Origin: an uncultured Gemmatimonadales bacterium
GTDB lineage: Bacteria; Gemmatimonadota; Gemmatimonadetes; Longimicrobiales; RSA9
Assembly (NCBI GenBank): GCA_963783305.1
Contig: CAWAMW010000002.1
Location: forward strand, 224,001-288,000
Reading direction: 5' to 3'
Length of the DNA: 64,000 bases
Position 1 is the stretch's first letter. Each line of letters begins with the position of its first letter. A model generated the notes under the pieces. It was not told the origin of the DNA and did not search any database. It saw only the letters and a list, made by a program, of their open reading frames with translations. The translations under genes and the position numbers were made by a program. Shown here in pieces: positions 18,883 to 30,922 of this stretch.

Positions 18883-21800
18883 ATGAGCGAGCCGACTGGC
18901 CGGGCCACTGCCTCTCCGCCCACTGAAGCAGAACGATCTCTGAACCTGGTGGCCATAGGTGCATCGGCGGGAGGGATCGCCGCGCTGCGGTCGCTGTTCG
19001 AGGCGGTTCCGGAGCGGACCGGAATCGCGTTCGTAGTGATCATGCACCTCTCGCCGGAGCACGAGAGCCAGCTGGCCGAGGTGCTCCAGCCGCATGTGAA
19101 GATCCCGGTCCGGCAGGTGCGGGAGCGGACGCGGCTCGAGCCGGACCATGTGTACGTGATCCCGCCGGATCGGAGCATGGCCGTCACCGATGGTCACCTT
19201 GAGCTGTCGGAGTTCGATGAGCCCCGGGGGCGACGCTCCCCCATCGACACCTTCTTCCGGACCGTGGCGGAGATCCATCCGGACGGAGTCGGCATTCTCC
19301 TTTCCGGCTCCGGTACGGACGGGGTGCTCGGCCTGAAGGCCATCAAGGAGCTGGGCGGGATCGTGATGGCGCAATCGCCGGAGGAGGCCGAGTACGACAC
19401 CATGCCTCGCAGCGCCATCACTGCAGGGCTGGTGGATTTCGTGCTTCCCGCGCGGGAGCTTGGGGAGCGGGTGGTGTCGCTCCGGGCCAGCGGCCTGCCG
19501 TGGACCCCACCGCAGGACGCGGAGGCGCTGAAGGATGGTGAGGCACATGTGGTGCGCGAGATCCTGTCGCAGCTCCGCAAGCGCACCGGCCACGACTTCA
19601 GCGGCTACAAGAAGAGCACGGTGCTGCGCCGGATCGGGCGCCGGATCCAGGTGACGGGGAGCACGGACCTGGAGGACTACGCCTTCCGCCTGCAGGATAG
19701 CGGCTCCGAGGCCGGGGCGCTCCTGAGGGACCTGCTGATCAGCGTGACGAACTTTTTCCGGGACCCGGAGGCGTTCGATGCGCTGGAGCGGATGGTGGTG
19801 CCGGACCTCTTTGTGGACGCGGCGGACGCGCAGGTGCGGGTCTGGGTGCCGGGGTGCGCCACGGGAGAGGAGGCGTACAGCGTCGCCATGCTCCTGGCCG
19901 AGCATGCGGACACGCTGACAGAGCCGCCGTCGTTCCAGATCTTCGCCACCGACCTGGACGAGGACGCCATCGCCTTCGCCCGGGAAGGGCTGTACCCCGA
20001 CGCTGTGCTGGCCGAGACGGGGGAAGAGCGGGGCCGCCGGTTCTTCACCCGCGTGGGCTCGTACCTGCGGGTGAAGAAGGAGCTGCGGGAGCGGATCCTC
20101 TTCTCGGCTCACGACCTGCTGCGTGATCCGCCTTTCTCGCGCCTCGACCTGATCACCTGCCGCAACCTGCTCATCTATCTCGAACGCGGACTGCAGGAGC
20201 GCGTATTCGATCTCTTTCGGTACGCGCTCCGTCCCGAGGGCTACCTCTTTCTCGGGGAATCGGAGTCGGCCCCGGAGACCAACGACTTCCGGGCGCCCGA
20301 CCGGGAGCACCGGATCTTCCAGAGCAGCCAGGGACTGAACGAGGCGGAGCGCCGGCTCCCGGAGCTGCCGCTGGACGGAGGCTCCGGAGCGGAGGCGAGG
20401 CGCTGGCCGCGAGCGGCTACGAGCCAGCAGGTCGAGCACGATGCAGCACTCCACCTCCAGGCGCTGGAGGCTCATGCCCCACCCAGCATCCTCGTGGATG
20501 GCGACCACGTCGTCGTGCACACCTCCGCGAAGGCGAACCGCTACCTGCGGTTCCCCTCGGGCACCCCGTCGGCCAACCTGCTGAAGACCGCCCTGCCCGA
20601 GCTGCGGCTGGAGCTGCGATCCGCCCTGTTCCAGGCGCTGGAGCAGGGTTCGCCCGCCCGCACCCGTCTGGTGCCGGTGGAGATCGCCGGTCAGCCGCGG
20701 CGGGTGCAGATCCACGTCGCCCCCACGGACGGGGCCGAGGCCACGCGCATGGCGCTGGTCACCTTCCTCGAGGATGCTCCCGCCGAGGAGGCCGAGGTGC
20801 CCGAGGACGCTGCTGAGGGCGATCGTCTGGAGGCCGCGGAGCTGGAGCTGGCCGACGCGAGGTCGCGACTCCAGGACATGGTGGAGACATCGGAGCGCCG
20901 GCAGGAGGATCTGAAGGCCTCCAACGAGGAGCTCCAGTCGATCAACGAGGAGTACAAGTCCACGCTCGAGGAGCTGGAGACCAGCAAGGAAGAGCTCCAG
21001 TCGATGAACGAGGAGCTCAAGACCGTCAACGACGAGCTGAAGGCCAAGCTGGACGAGCTCGGCCGGGCCAACGACGACCTCCGGAACCTCATGTCGGCCA
21101 CGGAAATCGGCACGCTGTTCGTGGACGAAAACCTCCGGATCAAGCGCTTCACGCCCGCCCTCCGCGACATCTTCAACATCCTGCCCACCGATGAGGGGCG
21201 GCCCCTCGCGCATGTCACCCACACCCTGCGCTACCCGGAGCTCACGACCGACTGCGAGAGCGTCCTGGAGTCGCTCCAGCCGGTGGAACGCGAGGTGGTG
21301 AACGGGGGCGGCCACGCCTGGCTCGCCCGGATCACCCCCTACAGGACCGAAGAGAATCGAATCCGCGGCGTGGTCTGCACCTTTACGGATGTCACCCGGA
21401 TCCGGGACACGCAGAAGCACCTCCGTCAGAGCGAGGAGCGCTTCCGCGCCCTCGTCAACGCCACCGCCGAGATCGTCTGGACCACCGGTCCCGACGGCGT
21501 GGTGGTGGAGGACTCCCCCTCCTGGCGCGCCTTCACCGGGCAGTCGCTCGAAGAGTGGCTGGGCCGGAGCTCTTACGACGTCGTGCATCCCGAGGACCGG
21601 CCCGAGGTCGAGGCGACGTGGCAGGGGGCGGTGGAGAGCGGGGAGCCATTCGACTACGAGTTCCGGCTCTGGAACGCGGAGAGCGACGATTGGCGCTTCG
21701 TCTCCGTACGCGCGGTCCCCGTGCTGAACCCGGACGGCTCCGTCCGCGAGTGGGTCGGAATGAACAGCGACATTACCCAGCGAAAGGAAGCGGAAACAGC

Positions 21801-22539
21801 CCTGCGAGGCGCCAAGCAGGCCGCCGAGCAGGCCGCCGAGGCCAAGAGCCAGTTCCTGGCCACAATGAGCCACGAGCTGCGCACGCCCCTCACCGCCGTA
21901 ATCGGCGTCGCCGACCTCCTCGAGACCGATGTGGTGGGTGTCACCAATACGGAGCAGAAGAAACACCTCGGCCGCATCAAGACCAGCGCCTGGCACCTGG
22001 TCTCGATCATCGAGGAGGTGCTGACCTACTCACGGACCGAGGCGGGACGGACCGACGTCAACCGCGGCACCGTGGACCTGGCCGAGATCGCGCGCGACGT
22101 GGTGACCATGGCCGACTACGAGGCCGGCGAGAAGGAGCTTTCCCTCGAGATCGAGGGGGCCGACCGCCCCACCTACGCCTTCTCCGATGGCGGCAAGATC
22201 CGCCAGATCGTGACGAACCTCGTGGGCAACGCCGTCAAGTTCACCGACGAGGGAGAGGTGGTCGTGAGCGTAGCGGAATCGGATGACTACATTGAGATCA
22301 CGGTCCACGACAGCGGTCCCGGCATTCCCGAGGACCAGTGGGAGGCCGTCTTCGAGCCGTTCGTGCAGGCGGACAGCAGCATGACCCGGGAAAAGGGTGG
22401 CGCCGGACTCGGCCTCGCCGTCTCGCGCCGCCTGGCCCGCCTCCTCGGCGGAGATATCGGGCTGGAGTGCGAGCCCGGCGACGGGTGCGCGTTCACGTTC
22501 AGGCTGCCCAAGAAGCCGGAGTCGGCCCGAACCGACTGA
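18883..22539 (+). CDS. CheB-CheR-PAS histidine kinase fusion
   Basis: GASAGG/IMHLS/GSGTDG (CheB), GCATGEEAYS and CRNLLIY (CheR), SNEELQSINEE coiled coil, PAS domains, SHELRTPL, NAVKFT. Confidence 0.92.
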   Translation: MSEPTGRATASPPTEAERSLNLVAIGASAGGIAALRSLFEAVPERTGIAFVVIMHLSPEHESQLAEVLQPHVKIPVRQVRERTRLEPDHVYVIPPDRSMAVTDGHLELSEFDEPRGRRSPIDTFFRTVAEIHPDGVGILLSGSGTDGVLGLKAIKELGGIVMAQSPEEAEYDTMPRSAITAGLVDFVLPARELGERVVSLRASGLPWTPPQDAEALKDGEAHVVREILSQLRKRTGHDFSGYKKSTVLRRIGRRIQVTGSTDLEDYAFRLQDSGSEAGALLRDLLISVTNFFRDPEAFDALERMVVPDLFVDAADAQVRVWVPGCATGEEAYSVAMLLAEHADTLTEPPSFQIFATDLDEDAIAFAREGLYPDAVLAETGEERGRRFFTRVGSYLRVKKELRERILFSAHDLLRDPPFSRLDLITCRNLLIYLERGLQERVFDLFRYALRPEGYLFLGESESAPETNDFRAPDREHRIFQSSQGLNEAERRLPELPLDGGSGAEARRWPRAATSQQVEHDAALHLQALEAHAPPSILVDGDHVVVHTSAKANRYLRFPSGTPSANLLKTALPELRLELRSALFQALEQGSPARTRLVPVEIAGQPRRVQIHVAPTDGAEATRMALVTFLEDAPAEEAEVPEDAAEGDRLEAAELELADARSRLQDMVETSERRQEDLKASNEELQSINEEYKSTLEELETSKEELQSMNEELKTVNDELKAKLDELGRANDDLRNLMSATEIGTLFVDENLRIKRFTPALRDIFNILPTDEGRPLAHVTHTLRYPELTTDCESVLESLQPVEREVVNGGGHAWLARITPYRTEENRIRGVVCTFTDVTRIRDTQKHLRQSEERFRALVNATAEIVWTTGPDGVVVEDSPSWRAFTGQSLEEWLGRSSYDVVHPEDRPEVEATWQGAVESGEPFDYEFRLWNAESDDWRFVSVRAVPVLNPDGSVREWVGMNSDITQRKEAETALRGAKQAAEQAAEAKSQFLATMSHELRTPLTAVIGVADLLETDVVGVTNTEQKKHLGRIKTSAWHLVSIIEEVLTYSRTEAGRTDVNRGTVDLAEIARDVVTMADYEAGEKELSLEIEGADRPTYAFSDGGKIRQIVTNLVGNAVKFTDEGEVVVSVAESDDYIEITVHDSGPGIPEDQWEAVFEPFVQADSSMTREKGGAGLGLAVSRRLARLLGGDIGLECEPGDGCAFTFRLPKKPESARTD

Positions 22540-22612
22540 CCGGGAGTTGCGCCTGGCCCGCGAAGGCCGCTGGCAGGCTGCTGGAAGCGCGGGAGTCGAG
22601 GGTGGATCCCTG

Positions 22613-22851
22613 CGGTCGCTCCGCTCCCTGCGGGACCCGCTGGCGCGGGAGGTCGATCGCCCGCGCTGCGCGCGAGGCGACCGCGAGCAGCGCGGCGTCG
22701 ACGGGACTGGGCACGCGCGTGTGATTCAGCGACGGCGGCGGCGAGACGCGGGAGAAGACGGAGCCAGCGGAGATCGACCAGCGAGGCCGCAGGCCGAAGC
22801 GATCGACCAGCGAGCGCAGCGACGCGAATCGACAGGGAGCGTACGCGACCG
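22613..22851. repeat. Cluster of REP-like palindromic repeats
   Basis: Three ATCGAC(C)AGSGAG-hairpin units at about 22773-22851 and an inverted copy CGGTCGCTCCGCTCCCTG near 22613. Confidence 0.55.
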
Positions 22852-22889
22852 TTCGCTCCCCACCCACGCCTTTTCGCGCCCTGTCAGGG

Positions 22890-24086
22890 CTACGGGCTCC
22901 GCAGGAATAGCGACAGGTGGCGCAGCACCTGGCGGCTTTCGAGTCCACCGGCGAGCGCCCCGGTCAGTACGCCGATCGAACTGATGAGCGCTGCGATCCG
23001 CAGCTGGTCGTCGAATGTGATCACCGCCGAGCCCAGTTCCAGGGAGGGCCATTCGCGGACCAGGTCCGGCGGGAAGATGAACATCTGCACGAGAAGCATG
23101 ATCATGATGAGCATGACGAACAGTCCCACGATCGCCAGCGCCACGTTGAGCAGGATCGCGACGTTCACCACGGCGAGGTGCTCGGTATGGAACCGTCGCT
23201 CCTTCTTCGGGAGAAGCAGGCTCAGCGCGACGGGCAGGTAGATCGCAGACGCCAGCATGCTCAGAGCCGCGAACAGCCACACCTCCCTATCCGTCATGTG
23301 GAAGCCGGCGTCCCAGATCTCGGCGGTGAAGACAAGGATGAAGGCCGGCGCCACCGCCGCCGTGGTCAGCCGCGGCAGGTAAAGGGGCAGCAGCGGCGCC
23401 CGGCTCCGGACCAGGGTGCTGAAGATCTGCCGGGGGTGGCGGGCAGCGCTCGAGAGATGAAAGAGGACCTCGGAGAACGTCCCCTCGTCCACGTCCTGGC
23501 GCTCCCGGAACTCGCGCGCGAGACGGTCCACCCGCCTGCGGGACCGCTCACTGAACGCGGGTAGCTCCCGCCGGTCCGGGACGATCTCGAACGGCGCCAT
23601 GACGGTGCCGCTCCCTCGCGGCTCGTGCCCGAGACCGAGGGCGTGGCCCAGCAGGTGGAGCAGGAGAGTCGAGGCGTTCCAGTGGAGCCCTTCATCATCG
23701 AGGGGCCGCGGCGGCTCCCCCCGGGGCGACAGTCGGAACTCCCGCATCGAAAGGACCACGAGCCGCGCCACCGGAGAGGCCAGGCCGGGGACCAGGTGCT
23801 GCTGTCGCGAGATGACCCCCACGTCCGTGACCACGATCACCGCGTCGTAGGGGCCTTCGACCATTCTGAGGCTGGCTGGGCCCAGGAAGTCGGAGGGCCG
23901 GCGCGGCTCCTCCGTCTGCAGACTCATCGGTTCTTCCGGATGGAACACCCACCGTACCCCCGTCACATCCTCGAGAGCCCCCGCCACCTCCTCGGTCAGG
24001 CGCCGGATGCAGGCGCCCAGCGCCTCCGCCTGCGTTGCGGGCGAGGACGCGGCAACCACTCCGATGTGTACTTCGGCTCGTGACAT
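22890..24086 (-). CDS. Membrane protein with degenerate metzincin-like domain
   Basis: HLLGHALGLGH followed by VMAP Met-turn; about 4 C-terminal TM helices. Confidence 0.7.
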   Translation of the reverse strand: MSRAEVHIGVVAASSPATQAEALGACIRRLTEEVAGALEDVTGVRWVFHPEEPMSLQTEEPRRPSDFLGPASLRMVEGPYDAVIVVTDVGVISRQQHLVPGLASPVARLVVLSMREFRLSPRGEPPRPLDDEGLHWNASTLLLHLLGHALGLGHEPRGSGTVMAPFEIVPDRRELPAFSERSRRRVDRLAREFRERQDVDEGTFSEVLFHLSSAARHPRQIFSTLVRSRAPLLPLYLPRLTTAAVAPAFILVFTAEIWDAGFHMTDREVWLFAALSMLASAIYLPVALSLLLPKKERRFHTEHLAVVNVAILLNVALAIVGLFVMLIMIMLLVQMFIFPPDLVREWPSLELGSAVITFDDQLRIAALISSIGVLTGALAGGLESRQVLRHLSLFLRSP

Positions 24087-24198
24087 GGCTGCAGTCGTCC
24101 GCAGGGCGCATGCCCGGCGGCTCGTCCCGTGATACTATGGGGGGCACGGCTCGTCACCCCCCCTCGACGAACCGCTGGCCGACCACCGGAGAGGTTTG

Positions 24199-25056
24199 AT
24201 GCAGTCCGAGCAGGCGGAAACATGGCTCCGGACCGTGCTGGACTACCGGCTCTTCATTCTGGGCGACAGCGTGGTCCGCGTCAGCACACTCCTCGTCCTG
24301 CTACTGGTCCTCGTCGCCGCGTACGTGGCCTCGCGCGGGATCCAGCGGGCGATCCGCCGGGTCTTCCGCAGCCGCGGCATGACGGACATCGGGACCATCG
24401 AGCTGGTGCTCCGACTCGTTCACTACTCCATCATGGCCCTGGCCATCGCCGTGGGGCTCCAGACGGTCGGGATCGAGTTGGCCGCCCTGTTCGCCGCCGG
24501 GGCCATCTTCGCGATCGCCATCGGCTTCGCCATGCAGAACATCGCCGAGAACTTCGTTTCCGGGCTGATCCTGGTGGGGGAGCGATCGATCAAGCCGGGC
24601 GACGTGCTCGAGGTGGGGGGTCAGGTGGTCCGCGTGGTCCGGATGGGCATCCGCTCCACGGTGGCCCGTACGCGCCATGACGAGGACATCATCATCCCCA
24701 ACTCGAAGCTGGTGGGGGACTCGGTGAAGAACTTCACGCTCCGGGACTCGATCTACCGGATCCGCTGCAGGGTCGGCGTCGCCTACGGCTCGGACCCGCG
24801 GCACGTCATCGAAACGCTGGAGCGCGCAGCCGCGCAGCTCGAGTGGCGGCACCCGGCCCACGAGCCGCAGGCCGTGCTCACGGAGTTCGGCGACTCCGCC
24901 GTCCAGTTCGAGCTCCGCGTCTGGATCGACGACCCATGGCGCGCCACGGCCCTCGAGTCGGCGTTGAACCAGACCGTCTGGTACGCGCTCCAGGAGGGTG
25001 GGGTGGTCATCGCATTCCCGCAGCTGGACGTCCACCTGGATCGGGATCGCGCGTAG
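24199..25056 (+). CDS. mscS: Small-conductance mechanosensitive channel
   Basis: IGFAMQNIAENFVSGL, GIRST, IIIPNSKL, VGVAYGSD, IAFPQLDVH. Confidence 0.92.
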   Translation: MQSEQAETWLRTVLDYRLFILGDSVVRVSTLLVLLLVLVAAYVASRGIQRAIRRVFRSRGMTDIGTIELVLRLVHYSIMALAIAVGLQTVGIELAALFAAGAIFAIAIGFAMQNIAENFVSGLILVGERSIKPGDVLEVGGQVVRVVRMGIRSTVARTRHDEDIIIPNSKLVGDSVKNFTLRDSIYRIRCRVGVAYGSDPRHVIETLERAAAQLEWRHPAHEPQAVLTEFGDSAVQFELRVWIDDPWRATALESALNQTVWYALQEGGVVIAFPQLDVHLDRDRA

Positions 25057-25114
25057 TTGGGAGCGGCCCGACCTTACGGCCTGTTCCTCGCGCCCGCGGC
25101 CGGACCGCCCGCGG

Positions 25115-26220
25115 CCGGACCAGGTTCCATATTCCACTTTTGCACACTCCGACCCTTCTGAGGCCACGGGTCTGCGGAGCTCACCCAGGACAGGGCATGC
25201 GTAGGACGTTGGAGACGGCTTGGTCGCTGATCCGCAGGTAGCGCGCGATCGATGCGCCGCGATGACCGGCCGCCCGCATTCGCCGGATCATGATCCTCCG
25301 AACTGCAACGGCTTCGCGACCCTTGTAAGGGCTTCGCACCATCTCGAGGTGCAGGTGAGGCGCGTGTTCCGCCAGGGTCAGTCGCGCGAGATCGGCAATT
25401 TCGGCGCCTGCGCCACTCGTCCCGCTGCTCCCGTCTCGGCCAGGATCCACGCCGTCCCGGAACAAGGGGGCATAGTAGCGCGCCCAGCAGAGATCTCCTG
25501 CCGGCGCCGGCGGAGGAATGCTGGAACGGTCCGCGGCGGCGTTGTCCGCCTCCTGCTCCCCCTGCCGATCACACTGGAGGCGCCATTCTACGCGTGCCAG
25601 GTACGCGCTGCGCAACTCTTCTACGCCAGGGGACGAGGTCACGGCGAAGAGCCTCAGGGCATCCGCAATCTGCAATGCTCCCTTCACGCGCTCCGGAATG
25701 GCGGCTCGCCCCGCATAGAAGGCATGGGAGCTCCAGGGATACCCGGATGGGTTGTTGACGAGTCGAGCTCGAATCGGATTGAGGTGGACGTAAACTACCG
25801 CCGTGCGTACGTACTCCGGATCGAGGCAGACTCGGTGTCCATAGCGACGCTCGAAGACGTGGCCCTCGAGCCCATGGCTGCGCTGGACGAGAAGTGCGGT
25901 CCTGCGCAGGAATGGCTGCATGATACGGTCGAGCGGCCACTGCCCCTGGCGCAGCACCAGGTGGAGGTGGTTCGGCATGATCGCGAACGCCAGCAGCCTC
26001 CCATCCGAGTATCCGACGGCAGTAGCCATGTAGTCCATCACGCGATTGCGGAGAGTCGGCGTCAGCCACGGCTCCCTCCCCTGCATCCGGGCGGTGAGGT
26101 GGAAAACGGCGCCAGGCATGTGGGGTCTTCGTTTTCGTCCCATGACCCCGACAATGACGGTGGTATCGGGGCACCGGAATGGTGAAACCGGTCAGATATG
26201 GAATATGGAACCAGGTCCGG
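25115..26220. mobile_element. Putative RAYT/Y1 transposase element bounded by 22-bp inverted repeats
   Basis: CCGGACCAGGTTCCATATTCCA (25115-25136) and TGGAATATGGAACCAGGTCCGG (26199-26220), 1 mismatch. Confidence 0.7.
25181..26143 (-). CDS. REP-associated tyrosine transposase (Y1/HUH) with C-terminal HTH
   Basis: FHLTAR, IMPNHLHLV (HUH), VFERRY, YVHLNP, YPWSS; SIARYLRISDQAVSNVL HTH. Confidence 0.85.
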   Translation of the reverse strand: MGRKRRPHMPGAVFHLTARMQGREPWLTPTLRNRVMDYMATAVGYSDGRLLAFAIMPNHLHLVLRQGQWPLDRIMQPFLRRTALLVQRSHGLEGHVFERRYGHRVCLDPEYVRTAVVYVHLNPIRARLVNNPSGYPWSSHAFYAGRAAIPERVKGALQIADALRLFAVTSSPGVEELRSAYLARVEWRLQCDRQGEQEADNAAADRSSIPPPAPAGDLCWARYYAPLFRDGVDPGRDGSSGTSGAGAEIADLARLTLAEHAPHLHLEMVRSPYKGREAVAVRRIMIRRMRAAGHRGASIARYLRISDQAVSNVLRMPCPG

Positions 26221-26309
26221 TACCTCGCGCCAGGCACCCGCGCTGCCGCTGGCCTTGGCGGTATGGCGTCGCCATCTTCGGAGGCACTCCGTCACCGACT
26301 CCGAGCCTA

Positions 26310-27863
26310 ATGACCCTGCCGTCAAGGAAAGCCGACGCCTCCGCGCCCGTATCTGCGGTGCCCAGATTTCGGGTGACGCACGGCGTGGGGCGGCGCTACG
26401 GGGCGGCGATCCTGCTGGCCGCTGCGGCTCTGGGCCTGACCCTGGCGTTCGAGTCGGTGATCCAACCTACGATCTTCTTGCTCTTCTTCCCGGCCGTTGC
26501 GGTCAGCGCCTGGTACGGTGGGCGGGGCCCCGCGGTGGTCACCAGCCTGCTGGCCGTCCTGGTGGCGAACTACTACCTGATCCCCCCGACGCACTCGCTC
26601 GACGTCGCCCAGCCACTGGCGCTGGCCCGGCTGGGAATCTTCCTGCTCGTGGCGCTCCTCATCGGCTCTCTCACCGAGTCGCTCCGCGCCCAGGTCCTGG
26701 TGCGGATCCGCGAGCAGGAGGCGCTCCTGCAGAGCGAGGCGCGCTTTCGCGCCACGTTTCAGAACGCGGCCGTGGGGATCGCCCACGTGGGGTTGGAAGG
26801 GCAGTGGCTCGGGCTGAACGACCGACTATGCGAGATCCTGGGACACCCCCGGGAGCGGCTGGTGGAGCTGTCGTGGCAGGATATCACGCACCCCGAGGAC
26901 CTGAACGCAGACGAGGAGCAAGCCGCCCGTCTGTTCGCGGGCGACATCGACTCATACCGGCTCGAAAAGCGGTATAGGCGGGGCGACGGGTCCACCGTCT
27001 GGACTCAGTTGACCGGCTCCGTGGTCCGGCGCGAGGACGGCGAGCCGGACTATTTCATTGCGGTGGTGGAGGACATTTCCGCCCGGAAGGAGGCGGAGCG
27101 GCGGGCGGAAGAGCGGCAGCTGGCGCTGGAGGAGGCGAACCGGGCCAGGTCGACGTTCATGGCCACCGTGAGCCACGAGCTCCGGACCCCGCTGAACGCG
27201 GTGATCGGCTATGCGGACCTGCTCACGGAAGGGGTCCCCGAACCCATCGGGCATGGTGCCCTTCAGCAGGTCCACCGTATCCGGATGGCCGCCCGGCACC
27301 TCCTCCAGCTGATCGAGGAGGTCCTGACTTTCTCCCGGCTCGAAGCGGGCCGGGAGCGGGTGAATGTCGAAGAAATCGAGATCTCGCGCCTGATCGAGGA
27401 GGTCCGAGCTGTGGCGGAGCCGCTGGCCGCCCACGCCGGCCTTGCATTCGCCATCGAAGTGCCCGCCGATGTCCAGGCCCTTCGTACCGACCCACGCAAG
27501 CTGCGCCAGGTGCTGCTGAACCTCCTCGGCAACGCCATCAAGTTCACGGACGAAGGCGACGTGCGACTGGCGGTCGCTCAGGAGGGATCCGAGGTTCGGT
27601 TCGTCGTCTCCGATACCGGGATCGGGATCTCCGAGGCCGACCTCGAACAACTCTGCGATCCGTTCTGGCAGGCGGACGGCAGCCACACCCGGCAGGCGCA
27701 GGGCTCGGGGCTCGGCCTTACCATCTCGGAGCGATTCGCGCAGTTGTTGGGCGGGACCCTGGAAGTCGTGAGCGAGGTGGGCGCGGGCAGCACATTTACG
27801 CTGCGCGTACCGCTGGCACCACCCTCCTCCGGGGAAGACGCCTCCCTTCCCATGGAAATTTAG
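26310..27863 (+). CDS. Membrane (DUF4118-like) PAS sensor histidine kinase
   Basis: 4-TM AWYGGRGPA segment, PAS ITHPED, SHELRTPL, NAIKFT, GSGLGL; start uncertain. Confidence 0.85.
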   Translation: MTLPSRKADASAPVSAVPRFRVTHGVGRRYGAAILLAAAALGLTLAFESVIQPTIFLLFFPAVAVSAWYGGRGPAVVTSLLAVLVANYYLIPPTHSLDVAQPLALARLGIFLLVALLIGSLTESLRAQVLVRIREQEALLQSEARFRATFQNAAVGIAHVGLEGQWLGLNDRLCEILGHPRERLVELSWQDITHPEDLNADEEQAARLFAGDIDSYRLEKRYRRGDGSTVWTQLTGSVVRREDGEPDYFIAVVEDISARKEAERRAEERQLALEEANRARSTFMATVSHELRTPLNAVIGYADLLTEGVPEPIGHGALQQVHRIRMAARHLLQLIEEVLTFSRLEAGRERVNVEEIEISRLIEEVRAVAEPLAAHAGLAFAIEVPADVQALRTDPRKLRQVLLNLLGNAIKFTDEGDVRLAVAQEGSEVRFVVSDTGIGISEADLEQLCDPFWQADGSHTRQAQGSGLGLTISERFAQLLGGTLEVVSEVGAGSTFTLRVPLAPPSSGEDASLPMEI

Positions 27864-27906
27864 CCGACTCCGCACATCCGGCCTCGAGCCCCGCTGCGGC
27901 CACCCG

Positions 27907-28788
27907 CTATGGTCCTGCAGCTTCCAAGCCCGCGGCCGCGGTGAGCAGCTCGTGGAGCCGGTGAACGAAGCGTCCGACCGGCGCCCCATCGGTGACGCCG
28001 TGGTCGAAAACGATGGTCAGAGCGAGTATGTCCCGGTCGCCTGCTGTCGTACTCCGGCGCGCGATCCCGCCGACGCCGATCGCCAGCGGGTGGAGGCCCG
28101 ACGGGATCCCCCAAGCCAGAATGCCGGGACTGGACATTCCAATCGAAGTCACGACCACTGTTCCCATGGTCCGCTTGATCCGGAGCGGGCTCCGGAGAAA
28201 CCACTTCCAGTACAGCAGGTCCCGCAGCAGAGCCGGCACGCGGAAGAAGATCGCCTGTATGCGGGCGGGGACAGCCCTCTCAATGGAAGCCGATCCGGAC
28301 GCCACATCCGCCTCCTGCGCCCGGCGGATTTCCTGGTGGATCTCTATTGGGTCCTTGCAGTCCGCATTGCGAACCACGAACGGCATCGGCAGGGTTTCAC
28401 TGTCCCCGGGGCCTCCGACTTTCCTCTCGATGAGGACCGATACGTCTACTTCATTGAATATGGCGATTCGCCGCCTCCCCAATCGGATGGAGTGCACCCG
28501 GGGGTGCTCCCCCGCAGCCCGGCCAACACAGCTGATCACCCAGGCCGTGAAGCCGAGGTTTCCGCCGGTCCGGCGACGGAAATCGCGGATCCTCTCGCGC
28601 GCCTCCGTTACGTCCACTTCGAGGAGGATCGGGATCTCCGGCCGCTTCCTGGCGAGTCGAAGCCAGTCAATTGTGGCGTTCCGCTCGGGTCGAAAGGGCA
28701 CGAGCCGATACCCATCCGCGCGGCCATGTCGCGCCCCCTGCGGGTCCGCAGGAGCATTCGGTGCCTCCTCCAGCCAATCCGTAGCCAT
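27907..28788 (-). CDS. Stand-alone 2-oxoacid dehydrogenase E2-like acyltransferase catalytic domain
   Basis: LEVDVTEAR, GTVVVTSIG, FDHGVTDGAPVGRF (DHxxxDG); no lipoyl domain. Confidence 0.8.
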   Translation of the reverse strand: MATDWLEEAPNAPADPQGARHGRADGYRLVPFRPERNATIDWLRLARKRPEIPILLEVDVTEARERIRDFRRRTGGNLGFTAWVISCVGRAAGEHPRVHSIRLGRRRIAIFNEVDVSVLIERKVGGPGDSETLPMPFVVRNADCKDPIEIHQEIRRAQEADVASGSASIERAVPARIQAIFFRVPALLRDLLYWKWFLRSPLRIKRTMGTVVVTSIGMSSPGILAWGIPSGLHPLAIGVGGIARRSTTAGDRDILALTIVFDHGVTDGAPVGRFVHRLHELLTAAAGLEAAGP

Positions 28789-28841
28789 TTTGCCCTCCGG
28801 GCAAGGGGAACCAAACCCCGCCGGCCTCAGGATTCGACTGC

Positions 28842-30765
<1,924 letters not shown>

Positions 30766-30808
30766 CACCCCTGAGGCTATCGGAGCGGGGGTCTCCGGTC
30801 AAGATGGG

Positions 30809-30828
30809 GGCTCGCTTCGCTCGCGGGG
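30809..30828 (-). repeat. REP-like repeat CCCCGCGAGCGAAGCGAGCC
   Basis: Reverse complement is identical (20/20) to 55150-55169. Confidence 0.7.
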
Positions 30829-30922
30829 CGGGCAGCCGCTACTGCGGCGCAGGGGGCTACGCTGCCCGGCGCGGAGGGGGGGCGCTGCCCGGCGCGGGGG
30901 GCCGCCTCTCGACGGCGCAGGC

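Noticed and set aside
22740..22860. Possible CRISPR array (also considered 10409-10499 and 55106-55193)
   Set aside because: Repeats are too short and degenerate, lack unique 30-40 nt spacers, and there are no cas genes
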